Assembly (NCBI RefSeq): GCF_000354175.2
Contig: NC_022349.1
Location: 2,640,001 to 2,672,000 of the forward strand
Length of the DNA: 32,000 nucleotides
Reading direction: 5' to 3'
Source of the DNA: Vibrio alginolyticus NBRC 15630 = ATCC 17749
GTDB taxonomy: Bacteria > Pseudomonadota > Gammaproteobacteria > Enterobacterales > Vibrionaceae
Shown piece after piece: positions 11,619-21,954 of this stretch; position 1 is the first letter of the stretch; every line of letters starts with the position of its first letter. The translations under genes were made by a program, and so were the position numbers. The notes beneath the pieces are model-generated. The model made no database searches, was not told the origin of the DNA, and was given only the letters and a program-made list of their open reading frames with translations.

Positions 11619-11972
11619 ATGGATAAGAAAGCATCTCGCATCCGTCGTGCTACACGTGCACGTCGTAAGATTGCAGAACTGGGTGCGACTCGCCTAGTTG
11701 TACACCGTACTCCTCGTCACGTGTACGCACAGGTTATCGCGGCTAACGGCTCTGAGGTTATCGCAGCAGCTTCTACTGTAGAAAAAGCGATCCGTGAGCA
11801 AGTGAAATACACTGGTAACGTTGATGCAGCTAAAGCAGTGGGTAAAGCTATTGCTGAGCGCGCTCTAGAGAAGGGCGTAACTGCAGTTGCATTTGATCGT
11901 TCTGGTTTCCAATACCACGGTCGAGTAGCGGCGCTAGCAGAATCTGCTCGCGAAGCTGGTCTGAAATTCTAA
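11619..11972 (+). CDS. rplR: 50S ribosomal protein L18
   Basis: 117 aa, [17 protein letters not shown]. Confidence 0.96.
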   Translation: MDKKASRIRRATRARRKIAELGATRLVVHRTPRHVYAQVIAANGSEVIAAASTVEKAIREQVKYTGNVDAAKAVGKAIAERALEKGVTAVAFDRSGFQYHGRVAALAESAREAGLKF

Positions 11973-11986
11973 GGTAGGGTTGGAAG

Positions 11987-12490
11987 ATGGCTAAAGAACA
12001 ACAAGTTCAAGCGAATGATTTGCAAGAAAAGCTAATCGCAGTTAACCGTGTTTCTAAAACGGTTAAAGGTGGTCGAATCATGAGCTTCACTGCACTAACA
12101 GTAGTTGGTGACGGTAACGGTCGTGTAGGTTTCGGTTACGGCAAAGCTCGTGAAGTACCTGCAGCGATTCAAAAAGCAATGGAAAAAGCGCGTCGTAACA
12201 TGACTACGATCGCTCTAAACGAAGGCACTCTTCACCACCCAGTGAAAGGTCGCCATTCGGGCTCTAAAGTTTACATGCAGCCTGCTGCAGAAGGTACTGG
12301 TGTTATCGCAGGTGGTGCGATGCGTGCAGTACTAGAAGTTGCTGGTGTACACAACGTACTATCTAAAGCGTACGGTTCTACGAACCCTATCAACATCGTT
12401 CGTGCAACGATCGATGCACTAGGTAGCATGAAGTCACCAGAAATGGTTGCTGCTAAACGTGGTCTAACTGTTGAATCTATTTCGGAGTAA
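11987..12490 (+). CDS. rpsE: 30S ribosomal protein S5
   Basis: 167 aa, ...[15 protein letters not shown]... Confidence 0.97.
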   Translation: MAKEQQVQANDLQEKLIAVNRVSKTVKGGRIMSFTALTVVGDGNGRVGFGYGKAREVPAAIQKAMEKARRNMTTIALNEGTLHHPVKGRHSGSKVYMQPAAEGTGVIAGGAMRAVLEVAGVHNVLSKAYGSTNPINIVRATIDALGSMKSPEMVAAKRGLTVESISE

Positions 12491-12497
12491 GAACACC

Positions 12498-12674
12498 ATG
12501 GCAACTATTAAAGTAACTCAAACTAAAAGCTCAATTGGTCGTCTGCCAAAGCACAAAGCTACTTTGCGCGGTCTAGGTCTTCGTAAAATCAACCACACAG
12601 TAGAACTTGAAGATACTCCGTGTATTCGCGGTATGATCAACAAGGTTTACTACATGGTTAAAGTTGAGGAGTAA
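12498..12674 (+). CDS. rpmD: 50S ribosomal protein L30
   Basis: 58 aa from the ATG at 12498 ([15 protein letters not shown]). The track start at 12471 lies inside rpsE and adds 9 unrelated residues. Confidence 0.93.
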   Translation: MATIKVTQTKSSIGRLPKHKATLRGLGLRKINHTVELEDTPCIRGMINKVYYMVKVEE

Positions 12675-12679
12675 TCAGA

Positions 12680-13114
12680 ATGCGTTTGAATACTCTAGCA
12701 CCGGCTGCTGGCGCGAAAACTTCTGCGAAGCGAGTAGGTCGTGGTATCGGTTCAGGCCTAGGTAAAACTGGTGGCCGTGGTCACAAAGGTCAAAAATCAC
12801 GTTCTGGCGGCAGTGTTCGTCCAGGTTTCGAAGGCGGTCAGATGCCTCTGAAACAACGTCTACCAAAATTCGGTTTCACTTCTCGTAAGAGCCTAGTGTC
12901 TGCTGAAGTTCGTCTAGCTGAGCTAGCGAAAGTTTCTGGTGACGTAGTTGATCTAAACAGTCTTAAAGCTGCTAACATCATCACTAAGAACATCGAGTTT
13001 GTAAAAGTTGTTCTTTCTGGTGAAATCAACAAAGCAGTGACTGTTAAAGGTCTACGTGTGACTAAAGGCGCTAAAGCTGCAATCGAAGCTGCAGGCGGTA
13101 AAATCGAGGAATAA
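12680..13114 (+). CDS. rplO: 50S ribosomal protein L15
   Basis: 144 aa, [13 protein letters not shown]...[13 protein letters not shown]. Confidence 0.97.
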
Positions 13115-13134
13115 TCTCGAGGAACGAGGTACAG

Positions 13135-14469
13135 ATGGCTAAGAAACCAGGACAAGATTTTCGTAGTGCTCAGAGCGGCTTAAGTGAACTAAAGTCGCGC
13201 TTGTTATTCGTAATTGGTGCACTTTTAGTATTCCGAGCCGGCTCTTTTGTGCCGATTCCTGGTATTGACGCTGCTGTACTTGCCGATTTGTTCGAACAGC
13301 AAAAAGGTACCATCGTTGAAATGTTTAACATGTTCTCCGGTGGTGCTCTTGAGCGTGCATCTATATTAGCATTGGGCATCATGCCGTATATTTCGGCATC
13401 TATTGTTGTCCAATTGCTAACTGTAGTTCATCCAGCGTTAGCTGAACTCAAAAAAGAGGGTGAAGCAGGCCGTCGTAAGATAAGCCAATACACACGCTAC
13501 GGCACGCTTGTACTTGCAACCTTCCAAGCTATAGGTATTGCAACTGGCCTACCAAACATGGTCGACAATCTGGTTGTTATCAACCAAACCATGTTTACGC
13601 TAATTGCTACCGTAAGTTTAGTAACCGGTACCATGTTCTTGATGTGGTTAGGTGAACAAATTACAGAGCGCGGAATTGGTAACGGTATTTCGATACTGAT
13701 TTTTGCAGGTATTGTTGCTGGATTGCCTTCTGCAATCGGTCAAACAATCGAGCAAGCGCGTCAAGGTGAATTGCATGTACTTCTTCTGTTGCTAATCGCG
13801 GTATTAGCTTTTGCAGTAATTTACTTCGTTGTTTTCATGGAACGTGGTCAACGCCGAATCGTCGTTAACTATGCGAAACGTCAACAAGGTCGTAAAGTGT
13901 TTGCTGCGCAAAGCTCGCACTTGCCTCTTAAAATTAACATGGCAGGTGTAATTCCAGCGATTTTTGCATCAAGTATTATCTTGTTCCCAGGAACATTGGC
14001 TCAGTGGTTTGGTCAAAACGGTGAGAGCAGCGCGTTCGGTTGGTTAACTGACGTGTCTTTGGCTCTTAGCCCTGGTCAACCGTTGTATGTAATGCTTTAT
14101 GCAGCAGCAATTATCTTCTTCTGTTTCTTCTACACGGCGTTGGTTTTCAACCCGCGTGAAACAGCAGATAACTTGAAGAAGTCTGGTGCATTCGTACCCG
14201 GTATCCGCCCAGGTGAGCAGACAGCGAAATACATTGATAAAGTAATGACACGTTTAACCCTTGCTGGTGCACTGTACATTACCTTTATCTGTCTGATTCC
14301 CGAGTTCATGATGGTCGCGTGGAACGTACGTTTCTACTTCGGCGGTACATCGCTACTAATCGTAGTTGTTGTAATTATGGACTTTATGGCACAGGTACAG
14401 ACTCATCTGATGTCTCAACAGTATGATTCTGTGTTGAAGAAAGCGAATCTGAAAGGCTACGGCCGTTAA
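13135..14469 (+). CDS. secY: Protein translocase subunit SecY
   Basis: 444 aa, polytopic and hydrophobic. Canonical position between rplO and rpmJ. Confidence 0.97.
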   Translation: MAKKPGQDFRSAQSGLSELKSRLLFVIGALLVFRAGSFVPIPGIDAAVLADLFEQQKGTIVEMFNMFSGGALERASILALGIMPYISASIVVQLLTVVHPALAELKKEGEAGRRKISQYTRYGTLVLATFQAIGIATGLPNMVDNLVVINQTMFTLIATVSLVTGTMFLMWLGEQITERGIGNGISILIFAGIVAGLPSAIGQTIEQARQGELHVLLLLLIAVLAFAVIYFVVFMERGQRRIVVNYAKRQQGRKVFAAQSSHLPLKINMAGVIPAIFASSIILFPGTLAQWFGQNGESSAFGWLTDVSLALSPGQPLYVMLYAAAIIFFCFFYTALVFNPRETADNLKKSGAFVPGIRPGEQTAKYIDKVMTRLTLAGALYITFICLIPEFMMVAWNVRFYFGGTSLLIVVVVIMDFMAQVQTHLMSQQYDSVLKKANLKGYGR

Positions 14470-14507
14470 TCCGGCGGTAGACTCAGTTTCATTTACGGAG
14501 TTTAGCA

Positions 14508-14621
14508 ATGAAAGTTCGTGCTTCCGTTAAAAAAATCTGCCGTAACTGTAAAGTAATCAAGCGTAACGGTGTCGTTCGCGTGATTTGCAGTGAGCCAAAG
14601 CACAAACAGCGCCAAGGCTAA
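14508..14621 (+). CDS. rpmJ: 50S ribosomal protein L36 (Zn-ribbon form)
   Basis: Read by eye: [37 protein letters not shown] (37 aa, CxxC...C...H). GGAG lies 8 nt upstream. It is too short for the ORF track. Confidence 0.93.
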
Positions 14622-14638
14622 TTAGCAGAAATTTTTAC

Positions 14639-14667
14639 TTGAAAATGAAGGTTGGGTCGAGTATATT
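14639..14667 (+). promoter_or_regulatory. Candidate alpha-operon promoter
   Basis: TTGAAA (14639-14644), a 17-nt spacer, then TATATT (14662-14667), in the rpmJ-rpsM spacer. Confidence 0.55.
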
Positions 14668-14770
14668 CCTCGGCCTACCTTTTGCGTGCAAAAGAAGTAG
14701 TATTCCGCAGCGTATCCATAACGGGCTTTGCTGCGGCTAATTCTTTTATAGAAACACTTAGGAGTGAATA
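14668..14770 (+). promoter_or_regulatory. Alpha-operon leader (candidate S4 autoregulatory structure)
   Basis: A 7-bp helix, CCGCAGC (14705-14711) with GCTGCGG (14730-14736), lies immediately upstream of the rpsM RBS (taGGAGtgaataATG). The S4-binding role is assigned by analogy with the E. coli alpha mRNA pseudoknot. Confidence 0.4.
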
Positions 14771-15127
14771 ATGGCCCGTATAGCAGGCATTAACATTCCT
14801 GATCAGAAACATGCAGTAATCGCTCTAACAGCGATCTACGGCATCGGTAAAACTCGCTCTCAAGCTATCCTAGCTGAAGTGGGTATTGCTGAAAATGTTA
14901 AGATCAGTGAACTAACTGAAGAGCAGATCGATCAACTGCGTGATGGTGTAGCTAAGTACACTGTAGAAGGTGATCTACGTCGTGAAGTATCTATGAACAT
15001 CAAGCGTCTTATGGACCTTGGCTGTTACCGTGGTCTTCGTCATCGTCGCAGTCTACCACTACGTGGACAGCGTACTAAAACCAACGCTCGCACCCGTAAG
15101 GGTCCGCGTAAGCCGATCAAGAAATAA
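14771..15127 (+). CDS. rpsM: 30S ribosomal protein S13
   Basis: 118 aa, [14 protein letters not shown]. Confidence 0.97.
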   Translation: MARIAGINIPDQKHAVIALTAIYGIGKTRSQAILAEVGIAENVKISELTEEQIDQLRDGVAKYTVEGDLRREVSMNIKRLMDLGCYRGLRHRRSLPLRGQRTKTNARTRKGPRKPIKK

Positions 15128-15139
15128 TCGGGAAGGTAG

Positions 15140-15535
<396 letters not shown>

Positions 15536-15562
15536 CGTTTCTAGGACAATTGGAGAAGAATC

Positions 15563-16183
15563 ATGGCAAGATATTTGGGTCCTAAGCTGAAGCTTAGCCG
15601 TCGTGAAGGCACTGACTTATTCCTTAAGTCTGGTGTTCGCGCGATCGATACCAAGTGTAAAATTGATAACGCACCAGGTGTACACGGCGCTCGTCGCGGT
15701 CGTCTATCTGAGTATGGCGTTCAGCTTCGTGAGAAGCAAAAAGTACGTCGTATGTACGGCGTTCTAGAAAAACAATTCCGTAACTACTACAAAGAAGCTG
15801 CTCGCCTAAAAGGCAACACTGGTGAAAACCTACTTCAGCTTCTTGAAGGTCGTCTTGATAACGTAGTTTACCGCATGGGCTTTGGTGCAACTCGCGCAGA
15901 AGCACGTCAGCTAGTTAGCCACAAAGCTATCCTAGTAAACGGTAAAGTTGTAAACGTTCCTTCTTTCAAAGTAGCGGCTAATGACGTTGTTTCTATTCGC
16001 GAGAAAGCTAAACAGCAAGCTCGTATCAAAGCAGCTCTAGAAGTTGCTGAACAACGTGAAAAACCAACTTGGATTGAAGTAGATGGTGGCAAGATGGAAG
16101 GTACATTCAAGCGTATGCCTGAGCGTTCTGATCTATCAGCTGACATCAACGAACAATTGATCGTCGAGCTTTACTCTAAGTAA
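15563..16183 (+). CDS. rpsD: 30S ribosomal protein S4
   Basis: 206 aa, [23 protein letters not shown]. Confidence 0.97.
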   Translation: MARYLGPKLKLSRREGTDLFLKSGVRAIDTKCKIDNAPGVHGARRGRLSEYGVQLREKQKVRRMYGVLEKQFRNYYKEAARLKGNTGENLLQLLEGRLDNVVYRMGFGATRAEARQLVSHKAILVNGKVVNVPSFKVAANDVVSIREKAKQQARIKAALEVAEQREKPTWIEVDGGKMEGTFKRMPERSDLSADINEQLIVELYSK

Positions 16184-16207
16184 GGTTTAAACTAAAGAGA
16201 GGACACA

Positions 16208-17200
16208 ATGCAGGGTTCTGTAACAGAATTTCTTAAGCCACGTCTAGTTGACATCGAACAAATCAGCTCGACTCACGCAAAAGTAACTCTTGAGCCATTA
16301 GAGCGTGGCTTTGGTCATACTCTGGGTAATGCACTTCGCCGCATCCTTCTATCTTCTATGCCAGGTTGTGCTGTAACAGAAGTAGAAATTGAAGGCGTAC
16401 TTCATGAGTACAGCACGAAAGAAGGCGTTCAAGAAGATATTCTTGAAATTCTTCTAAACCTTAAAGGTTTGGCTGTGCGCGTTGCCGAAGGCAAAGATGA
16501 AGTGTTCATTACTTTGAACAAATCAGGCTCGGGCCCTGTGGTTGCAGGTGACATCACCCATGATGGTGATGTAGAGATCGCTAACCCTGAACACGTAATT
16601 TGTCACCTAACGGATGACAACGCTGAGATCGCAATGCGTATCAAAGTTGAACGTGGTCGTGGTTATGTTCCAGCTTCTGCGCGTATCCATAACGAAGAAG
16701 ACGAGCGTCCTATCGGTCGCCTACTAGTAGATGCTACTTACAGCCCAGTAGACAAAATTGCCTACGCTGTAGAAGCAGCTCGTGTAGAACAGCGTACTGA
16801 TCTAGACAAGCTTGTTATCGATATGGAAACAAACGGTACTCTAGAACCTGAGGAAGCAATCCGTCGTGCAGCTACTATCCTAGCTGAACAATTGGATGCA
16901 TTCGTAGATCTTCGTGATGTACGAGTTCCTGAGGAGAAGGAAGAGAAGCCAGAATTCGATCCGATCCTACTGCGTCCTGTAGACGATCTTGAACTAACAG
17001 TTCGCTCTGCTAACTGTCTGAAAGCAGAAGCGATTCACTACATCGGTGATCTAGTACAACGTACTGAGGTTGAGCTACTTAAAACGCCTAACCTTGGTAA
17101 AAAATCTCTTACTGAGATTAAAGACGTACTTGCGTCACGTGGTCTGTCTCTGGGCATGCGCCTAGAAAACTGGCCACCTGCATCAATCGCTGAAGATTAA
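16208..17200 (+). CDS. rpoA: DNA-directed RNA polymerase subunit alpha
   Basis: 330 aa, [18 protein letters not shown]... The C-terminal-domain motif ...[14 protein letters not shown]... is present. Confidence 0.98.
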   Translation: MQGSVTEFLKPRLVDIEQISSTHAKVTLEPLERGFGHTLGNALRRILLSSMPGCAVTEVEIEGVLHEYSTKEGVQEDILEILLNLKGLAVRVAEGKDEVFITLNKSGSGPVVAGDITHDGDVEIANPEHVICHLTDDNAEIAMRIKVERGRGYVPASARIHNEEDERPIGRLLVDATYSPVDKIAYAVEAARVEQRTDLDKLVIDMETNGTLEPEEAIRRAATILAEQLDAFVDLRDVRVPEEKEEKPEFDPILLRPVDDLELTVRSANCLKAEAIHYIGDLVQRTEVELLKTPNLGKKSLTEIKDVLASRGLSLGMRLENWPPASIAED

Positions 17201-17226
17201 TCGATACTAGTTAGAAGGATTAGGTC

Positions 17227-17607
17227 ATGCGCCATCGTAAGAGTGGTCGTCAACTCAACCGCAACAGCTCACATCGCAAAGCGATGTTCAGCAACATGGC
17301 TAGCTCTCTAGTACGTCATGAAGTTATCAAGACTACTTTGCCAAAAGCAAAAGAGCTACGTCGCGTAGTTGAGCCTTTGATTACACTAGCTAAGACTGAC
17401 AGTGTTGCTAACCGTCGTCTAGCATTTGCACGTACTCGTGACAACGAAGTAGTTGCAAAACTATTTAACGAACTAGGTCCACGTTTTGCTGCTCGTCAGG
17501 GCGGTTACACTCGTATCCTAAAAGCTGGCTTCCGTGCTGGTGATAAAGCTCCAATGGCTTACATTGAGCTTGTAGATCGCCCAGCTGCTGAAGAAGCTGC
17601 TGAGTAA
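17227..17607 (+). CDS. rplQ: 50S ribosomal protein L17
   Basis: 126 aa, [20 protein letters not shown]. Confidence 0.97.
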
Positions 17608-17625
17608 TCAGTTCGTAAGAACGAG

Positions 17626-17652
17626 AAAGCCGAGCATTAGCTCGGCTTTTTT
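17626..17652. terminator. Rho-independent terminator after rplQ, possibly bidirectional with the convergent gene
   Basis: AGCCGAGC-atta-GCTCGGCT followed by tttttt (17628-17652). On the reverse strand the same stem is followed by tttctcgtt. Confidence 0.85.
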
Positions 17653-17742
17653 GTATCTGTAATTCAGTAAACCTTTATATCCAGCCTGCATTTATTTCAA
17701 CCCATGCAGACTGGCAATTTAAAAAGTGATTATCACTTACGC

Positions 17743-18222
17743 TTATTTACTAGTATTCCACAATCCGCCCAACGAACTTAGAAGCCCTTCGCTAGCGCCT
17801 TGCTTGTTCAAGTAATCCAAGATGACTGGAGCAAACTGACTGATCATAGATGGGTCTAAACCTAACGTATCGAATGCACTTTTGACTGCACTGATATTCT
17901 CAATATTTCCTAGTAAGCTTTGTGCTCCTTGCAAGTTTGAAAGTCCAGGAATCAAAGACTGTAATTCACTACTATTTTCTTGCGAAAGCTGGCTTTGAGC
18001 CAAAGCGAGTAGCGCACCACTGCCTCCGGCTGCTTGCTCAGTGGATACTGGTAATTGGCTAGTTAGCATGTCTGTTAATGGAGATGACTCGGTGTTCAAG
18101 CTGCTGCCGACCATGTCCATCAGGCCACTTTCTTTACTTTTTTGAGTGACTGAATCTAAGAATGCGTGCGCACTACCAATGTTGATTGATAGGAGTGCTA
18201 GAGTTAGGAGTGTTTTACGCAT
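17743..18222 (-). CDS. Secreted hypothetical protein, DUF2780-like
   Basis: 159 aa. It has a Sec signal peptide, MRKTLLTLALLSINIGSAHA. The mature part is rich in Ser, Leu and Gln, with ...TSQLPVSTEQAAGGSGALLALAQSQL... and a C-terminal ...LGLDPSMISQFAPVILDYLNKQG..., which I recall as typical of DUF2780. The family assignment is from memory, not a search. Confidence 0.6.
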   Translation of the reverse strand: MRKTLLTLALLSINIGSAHAFLDSVTQKSKESGLMDMVGSSLNTESSPLTDMLTSQLPVSTEQAAGGSGALLALAQSQLSQENSSELQSLIPGLSNLQGAQSLLGNIENISAVKSAFDTLGLDPSMISQFAPVILDYLNKQGASEGLLSSLGGLWNTSK

Positions 18223-18320
18223 AGTACCTCCAAAGGTTGAGCGTTTTTTAAAAGTGATTTTATTTTTAAAGGCTATCAGAGTGAAAGGTTCAGAGGTGAG
18301 AAAGTCTATTCAGTTTAGAC

Positions 18321-18348
18321 AAAAAAACGGCGCTAGTGCGCCGTTTTA
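18321..18348 (-). terminator. Rho-independent terminator of fklB
   Basis: aaaaaaACGGCGC-tagt-GCGCCGTtttat. On the minus strand the stem is followed by a 7-T run, about 30 nt after the fklB stop. Confidence 0.8.
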
Positions 18349-18375
18349 TTTAATCATAATTGAAAATGGTTTCAA

Positions 18376-18996
18376 TTAGATAATATCTAATAGTTCTACT
18401 TCGAAAACTAAAGCTGCAAATGGAGGGATAGCCGCACCAGCGCCACGCTCACCGTACGCAAGATCTTGTGGTACGTATAGCTTCCACTTAGAGCCAACAG
18501 GCATTAGTTGTAGTGCCTCTACCCAACCTTTGATTACACCTGTAACAGGGAATTCAGCAGGTTGACCGCGAGATACAGAGCTATCGAATACAGTACCGTC
18601 AGTTAGCTCACCGTGGTAGTGAACGCGAACTGAGCTTTCTGCTGTAGGAACTGCACCAGTACCTTCAGAAATGATTTCGTACTGAAGACCAGAGTCTAGA
18701 ACGTTAACTTCAGGTCGTAGAGCGTTGTCTTTTAGGAACGCTTCGCCTTCTGCTGCCGCAATTTTTGCTGCTTCTTGGCGAGCTGTTTCTGCACGAGTGT
18801 GAAGTTCTTGTAGTGCTTTGTTGATTTCATCAATTTCGATTGATGGCATGTCACCAGTTAGTGCTGTTGCAATACCCGCTGCGATAGCATCAACGCTAAG
18901 ACCTTCAAGACCAGAGCCTGCAAGTTGCTGACCCATTTGCAGACCAATGCCGTAGCTTGCTTTTTGTTCTGCAGTTTCAAATTTAATTTCAGACAT
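18376..18996 (-). CDS. fklB: FKBP-type peptidyl-prolyl cis-trans isomerase FklB
   Basis: 206 aa, the same length as E. coli FklB. Similarity runs end to end (EQKASYGIGLQMGQQL...GTVFDSSVSRGQPAEFPV.GVI.GW.EAL.LMPVGSKW.L..PQ.LAYGERGAGA.IPPF..LVFEVELL). No signal peptide. Confidence 0.9.
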   Translation of the reverse strand: MSEIKFETAEQKASYGIGLQMGQQLAGSGLEGLSVDAIAAGIATALTGDMPSIEIDEINKALQELHTRAETARQEAAKIAAAEGEAFLKDNALRPEVNVLDSGLQYEIISEGTGAVPTAESSVRVHYHGELTDGTVFDSSVSRGQPAEFPVTGVIKGWVEALQLMPVGSKWKLYVPQDLAYGERGAGAAIPPFAALVFEVELLDII

Positions 18997-19228
18997 GAAT
19001 GTCGCTCTTATTAGGAGTGATAAAGGTAACAGGATATCAGTTTCGAGCTTAGGTTTAAATGATTGCGACTGAATGCTTAATTGAGGCGGCCAGGTTGTGA
19101 CTTATCTCTTACTCCAAGTGAAATTTCTGCTAATTTAATCCCAATTCCATTTTAGTTTGGTGAAAAACATATACTCTCCGCGTCGGTATTTTTATACTGA
19201 CCGTAGAAGTATTAAGGGACTCATTACA

Positions 19229-19825
19229 ATGAATCGTCGCAGAAAGAAAAAGCAGCAAGTCGACTATGTCGAATTGGTTAAACAAAAATTCGCTGCTATC
19301 GACTGGAAGCAGCCGTTCAACAAAGAGCAATGGTTGGAGCGTATACAGCCTGTTAAGCAGTTTTGGTTGCGTCTGCCTAAATTTCATCAGCGTGCTTTGA
19401 TGGTCTTAGTGCCATTGATTCTGGTACTCCTTGTTATTCCTTTGCCAAATAAAACAGATCAACCAGTTGAGCAGACTGAGGTCGATCATCAACGCGTAGC
19501 GATTGAGCTGAACGCGCAGAGTTTAAGCCAGCAGAGAACCTCTCAGAACTCTGGACCGAAATCTGAAGACTGGAAAGAGTACACGGTTAAAAATGGTGAT
19601 ACATTAGCGCAGGTTTTCAGAAGTAATCAGCTCTCTATGGCGGATCTTAGCGCTCTAGTCAAAATAGAAGGCAGTGATAAGCCGCTAAGCCAAATAAAGC
19701 AGGGACAGTTGATTCGCTTTAAGCTTAGTGACGAAGGCGAGTTAGATATGCTACAGCTGGAAAAAAGCGGGCGGTCCGTTATGTTTTTCCGTTTATCGGA
19801 TGGGACCTTTGGACGTAACAAGTAA
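19229..19825 (+). CDS. YtfB/OapA-like cell-envelope protein (N-terminal TM anchor, LysM-like and OapA-like C-terminal region)
   Basis: 198 aa from the ATG at 19229 (MNRRRKKKQQ...), with AAGGGA 9 nt upstream. A hydrophobic segment, LMVLVPLILVLLVIPL, is present. The C-terminus reads YTVKNGDTLAQVFRSNQLSMADL...IKQGQLIRF. It is divergent from fklB, as ytfB is in E. coli. The track start at 19157 has no support. Confidence 0.6.
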   Translation: MNRRRKKKQQVDYVELVKQKFAAIDWKQPFNKEQWLERIQPVKQFWLRLPKFHQRALMVLVPLILVLLVIPLPNKTDQPVEQTEVDHQRVAIELNAQSLSQQRTSQNSGPKSEDWKEYTVKNGDTLAQVFRSNQLSMADLSALVKIEGSDKPLSQIKQGQLIRFKLSDEGELDMLQLEKSGRSVMFFRLSDGTFGRNK

Positions 19826-19837
19826 ACGCTTCAAATG

Positions 19838-19866
19838 AAAAGACGCGAAGATATAGCGTCTTTTTA
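19838..19866 (+). terminator. Rho-independent terminator after the ytfB-like gene
   Basis: AGACGC-gaagatata-GCGTCT followed by tttta. Confidence 0.7.
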
Positions 19867-19916
19867 GTTAGTTTTTCATAGCGATTAGTTTTCATAGTAA
19901 CCAATCGAGTTGAAGC

Positions 19917-20378
19917 TTATAGCGCTACGGATTCTTTCCGCATATCCACATGAGGGATACCATCTTCAAGATAGCACTCTGAGATAACCTTGAATCCATG
20001 ACTAGCATAAAACTGGATGAGGTGTTCTTGAGCACCTATATCTATTGTCTGTCCTGGCCATAATGTTTCGCATTGTGCCAAGGCCTTGTCCAATAATTTA
20101 TGACCTAAGCCACCGCCTCGCGCGGTCTGCTTTGTCACCACTCGACCAATACTCACATTGTCATACGTAGTGCCTGCGGGCAGTAATCTTGCGCAAGCAA
20201 CCAGTTCATCACCGTGATAGCCTATTAGATGATAAACGCCTTCCAGCGTGTCCTTACCATCAAGTTCAGGGTAAGGGCAGGTTTGTTCAACAACGAATAC
20301 ATCCACACGCAATTTCATCATTTCATACAGCTGCGTGGTTGTTAGCTGAGCAAAGGGCAAAGTAATCCAAGTGAGCAT
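19917..20378 (-). CDS. elaA: GNAT-family N-acetyltransferase, ElaA-like
   Basis: 153 aa from the internal ATG at 20378 (MLTWITLPFAQLTTTQLYEMMKLRVDVFVVEQTCPYPELDGKD...), colinear with E. coli ElaA (also 153 aa). The acetyl-CoA motif RGGGLGHKLL is present. The track start at 20444 adds 22 residues with no counterpart. Confidence 0.8.
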   Translation of the reverse strand: MLTWITLPFAQLTTTQLYEMMKLRVDVFVVEQTCPYPELDGKDTLEGVYHLIGYHGDELVACARLLPAGTTYDNVSIGRVVTKQTARGGGLGHKLLDKALAQCETLWPGQTIDIGAQEHLIQFYASHGFKVISECYLEDGIPHVDMRKESVAL

Positions 20379-20520
20379 GTTGTTATCCGTAATGAGAATA
20401 GAGTGACTGACTTTACTTTGTTTTGAGCTCATACTCATTAACAAAGGTTAATTAGCACTGGTTTTCCCACCAAATCTGGTGATAATGTGCCCTCTTTCCA
20501 TCTCACCTGAGGATATCCCC

Positions 20521-21900
20521 GTGAGCAAACAAACATTCGATCAAGTTGGGCTTAACCCAGCGTTACTCGCCACACTTGATTCCCTGAACTATACCCACAT
20601 GACGCCAATTCAAGCTTTGAGCTTGCCTGCAATCCTAAAACATCGTGATGTCATCGGGCAGGGTAAAACGGGCTCAGGTAAAACCGCTGCATTTGGTTTA
20701 GGGGTTTTATCGAACCTCAACGTCAAACGCTTTCGTGTCCAGTCATTAGTATTGTGTCCAACACGTGAGCTTGCAGATCAAGTAGCGAAGGAAATTCGTA
20801 CTTTAGGTCGCGGCATTCATAATATTAAAGTGCTTACTCTCTGCGGTGGGATGCCTATGGGGCCACAAATTGGTTCGTTAGAGCATGGTGCGCATATCCT
20901 AGTTGGTACTCCTGGTCGTATTTTGGATCACCTTGAAAAAGGCCGAATTGATCTTAGCGAACTGAATACCTTGGTGCTAGATGAAGCTGATCGCATGTTG
21001 GACATGGGTTTCCAAGACGCATTAGATGCAATCATCGATGCAGCGCCAAAGCAGCGTCAAACTCTACTTTTCAGTGCTACTTTTCCAGAAAAAATTGAGC
21101 AAATTGCGCAGCGTATAATGCAGACACCGGAAGTGATTAAGGTGGAATCGACGCATGATACTTCAAGCATTGCGCAGTACTTCTATAAAGTTGAAGGCTC
21201 GGAAGCGCGTGATGAAGCATTGGCGAATTTGCTGCTGACTCACCAACCAGAGTCCGCGGTTGTTTTTTGTAATACCAAAAAAGAAGTGCAAAGTGTCGCA
21301 GATGAGTTGCATCACAAAGGATTCAGCGTTATCGATATCCATGGGGACTTAGAGCAGCGTGAACGCGACCAAGCATTGGTGCAGTTTGCTAACAAGAGTG
21401 TGTCTATCCTTGTTGCAACAGACGTTGCGGCGCGTGGTTTGGACGTTGATAATCTTGATGCTGTCTTTAACTTTGAGCTATCGCGCGATCCTGAGGTTCA
21501 TGTGCACCGTATTGGTCGTACAGGTCGTGCGGGTAGTAATGGTTTAGCGTTTAGCTTTTTTGGTGAGAAAGACGGTTTACGTGTAGCTCGTATTGAAGAA
21601 TACCTAGAGATGGACGTGGTACCAGCAACATTGCCTGCCAAATCAAATCAGCAGCCATACCAAGCGAAAATGGTGACGATTAACATTGATGGCGGTAAGA
21701 AACAGAAAGTACGACCGGGTGATATTTTAGGTTGTTTGACAGGAAAAAATGGTATTCCAGGCTCTCAAGTCGGAAAGATTCACCTGTTCCCTGTGCGCGC
21801 TTATGTTGCCGTCGAAAAGTCTGTAGCTAAAAAGGCTCTACAAACCATTAGTAACGGCAAGATGAAAGGGCGCCAGTTCCGGGCGCGAATTCTTAAATAG
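20521..21900 (+). CDS. dbpA: ATP-dependent RNA helicase DbpA (DEAD-box, 23S rRNA-specific)
   Basis: Motifs GKTGSGKTAAF, PTRELA, DEAD, SAT and HRIGRTGRAG are present. The C-terminal DbpA RNA-binding domain is also present (MVTINIDGGKKQKVRPGDILGCLTG...). The preferred start is the GTG at 20521, with GAGGA 7 nt upstream, giving 459 aa against 457 aa for E. coli DbpA. The track start at 20479 is possible but lacks an RBS. Confidence 0.88.
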   Translation: MSKQTFDQVGLNPALLATLDSLNYTHMTPIQALSLPAILKHRDVIGQGKTGSGKTAAFGLGVLSNLNVKRFRVQSLVLCPTRELADQVAKEIRTLGRGIHNIKVLTLCGGMPMGPQIGSLEHGAHILVGTPGRILDHLEKGRIDLSELNTLVLDEADRMLDMGFQDALDAIIDAAPKQRQTLLFSATFPEKIEQIAQRIMQTPEVIKVESTHDTSSIAQYFYKVEGSEARDEALANLLLTHQPESAVVFCNTKKEVQSVADELHHKGFSVIDIHGDLEQRERDQALVQFANKSVSILVATDVAARGLDVDNLDAVFNFELSRDPEVHVHRIGRTGRAGSNGLAFSFFGEKDGLRVARIEEYLEMDVVPATLPAKSNQQPYQAKMVTINIDGGKKQKVRPGDILGCLTGKNGIPGSQVGKIHLFPVRAYVAVEKSVAKKALQTISNGKMKGRQFRARILK

Positions 21901-21915
21901 CTCAAATAGCAGAGA

Positions 21916-21950
21916 AAAAGCTCTTCGTTTGAAGAGCTTTTTTCTTTTTT
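21916..21950. terminator. Bidirectional Rho-independent terminator between convergent dbpA and the Crp-like gene
   Basis: AAAAGCTCTTC-gttt-GAAGAGCTTTT is flanked by an A-rich tract on the left and a T-rich tract on the right, so it can act on either strand. Confidence 0.85.
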
Positions 21951-21954
21951 GAGT

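Noticed and set aside
17725-17735. An 11-bp palindrome, GTGATtATCAC, just downstream of the DUF2780-like gene stop; it vaguely resembles a Fur or other operator.
   Set aside because: It is too short, sits in a 3' region rather than a promoter, and matches the 19-bp Fur consensus poorly.
18146-19387. Track ORFs 18146-18379 (plus, 77 aa) and 19130-19387 (minus, 85 aa), plus the 19157 start of the ytfB-like gene.
   Set aside because: They overlap the DUF2780-like gene, the fklB terminator or the ytfB-like 5' end. They have no RBS. A better-supported start for the ytfB-like gene exists at 19229.
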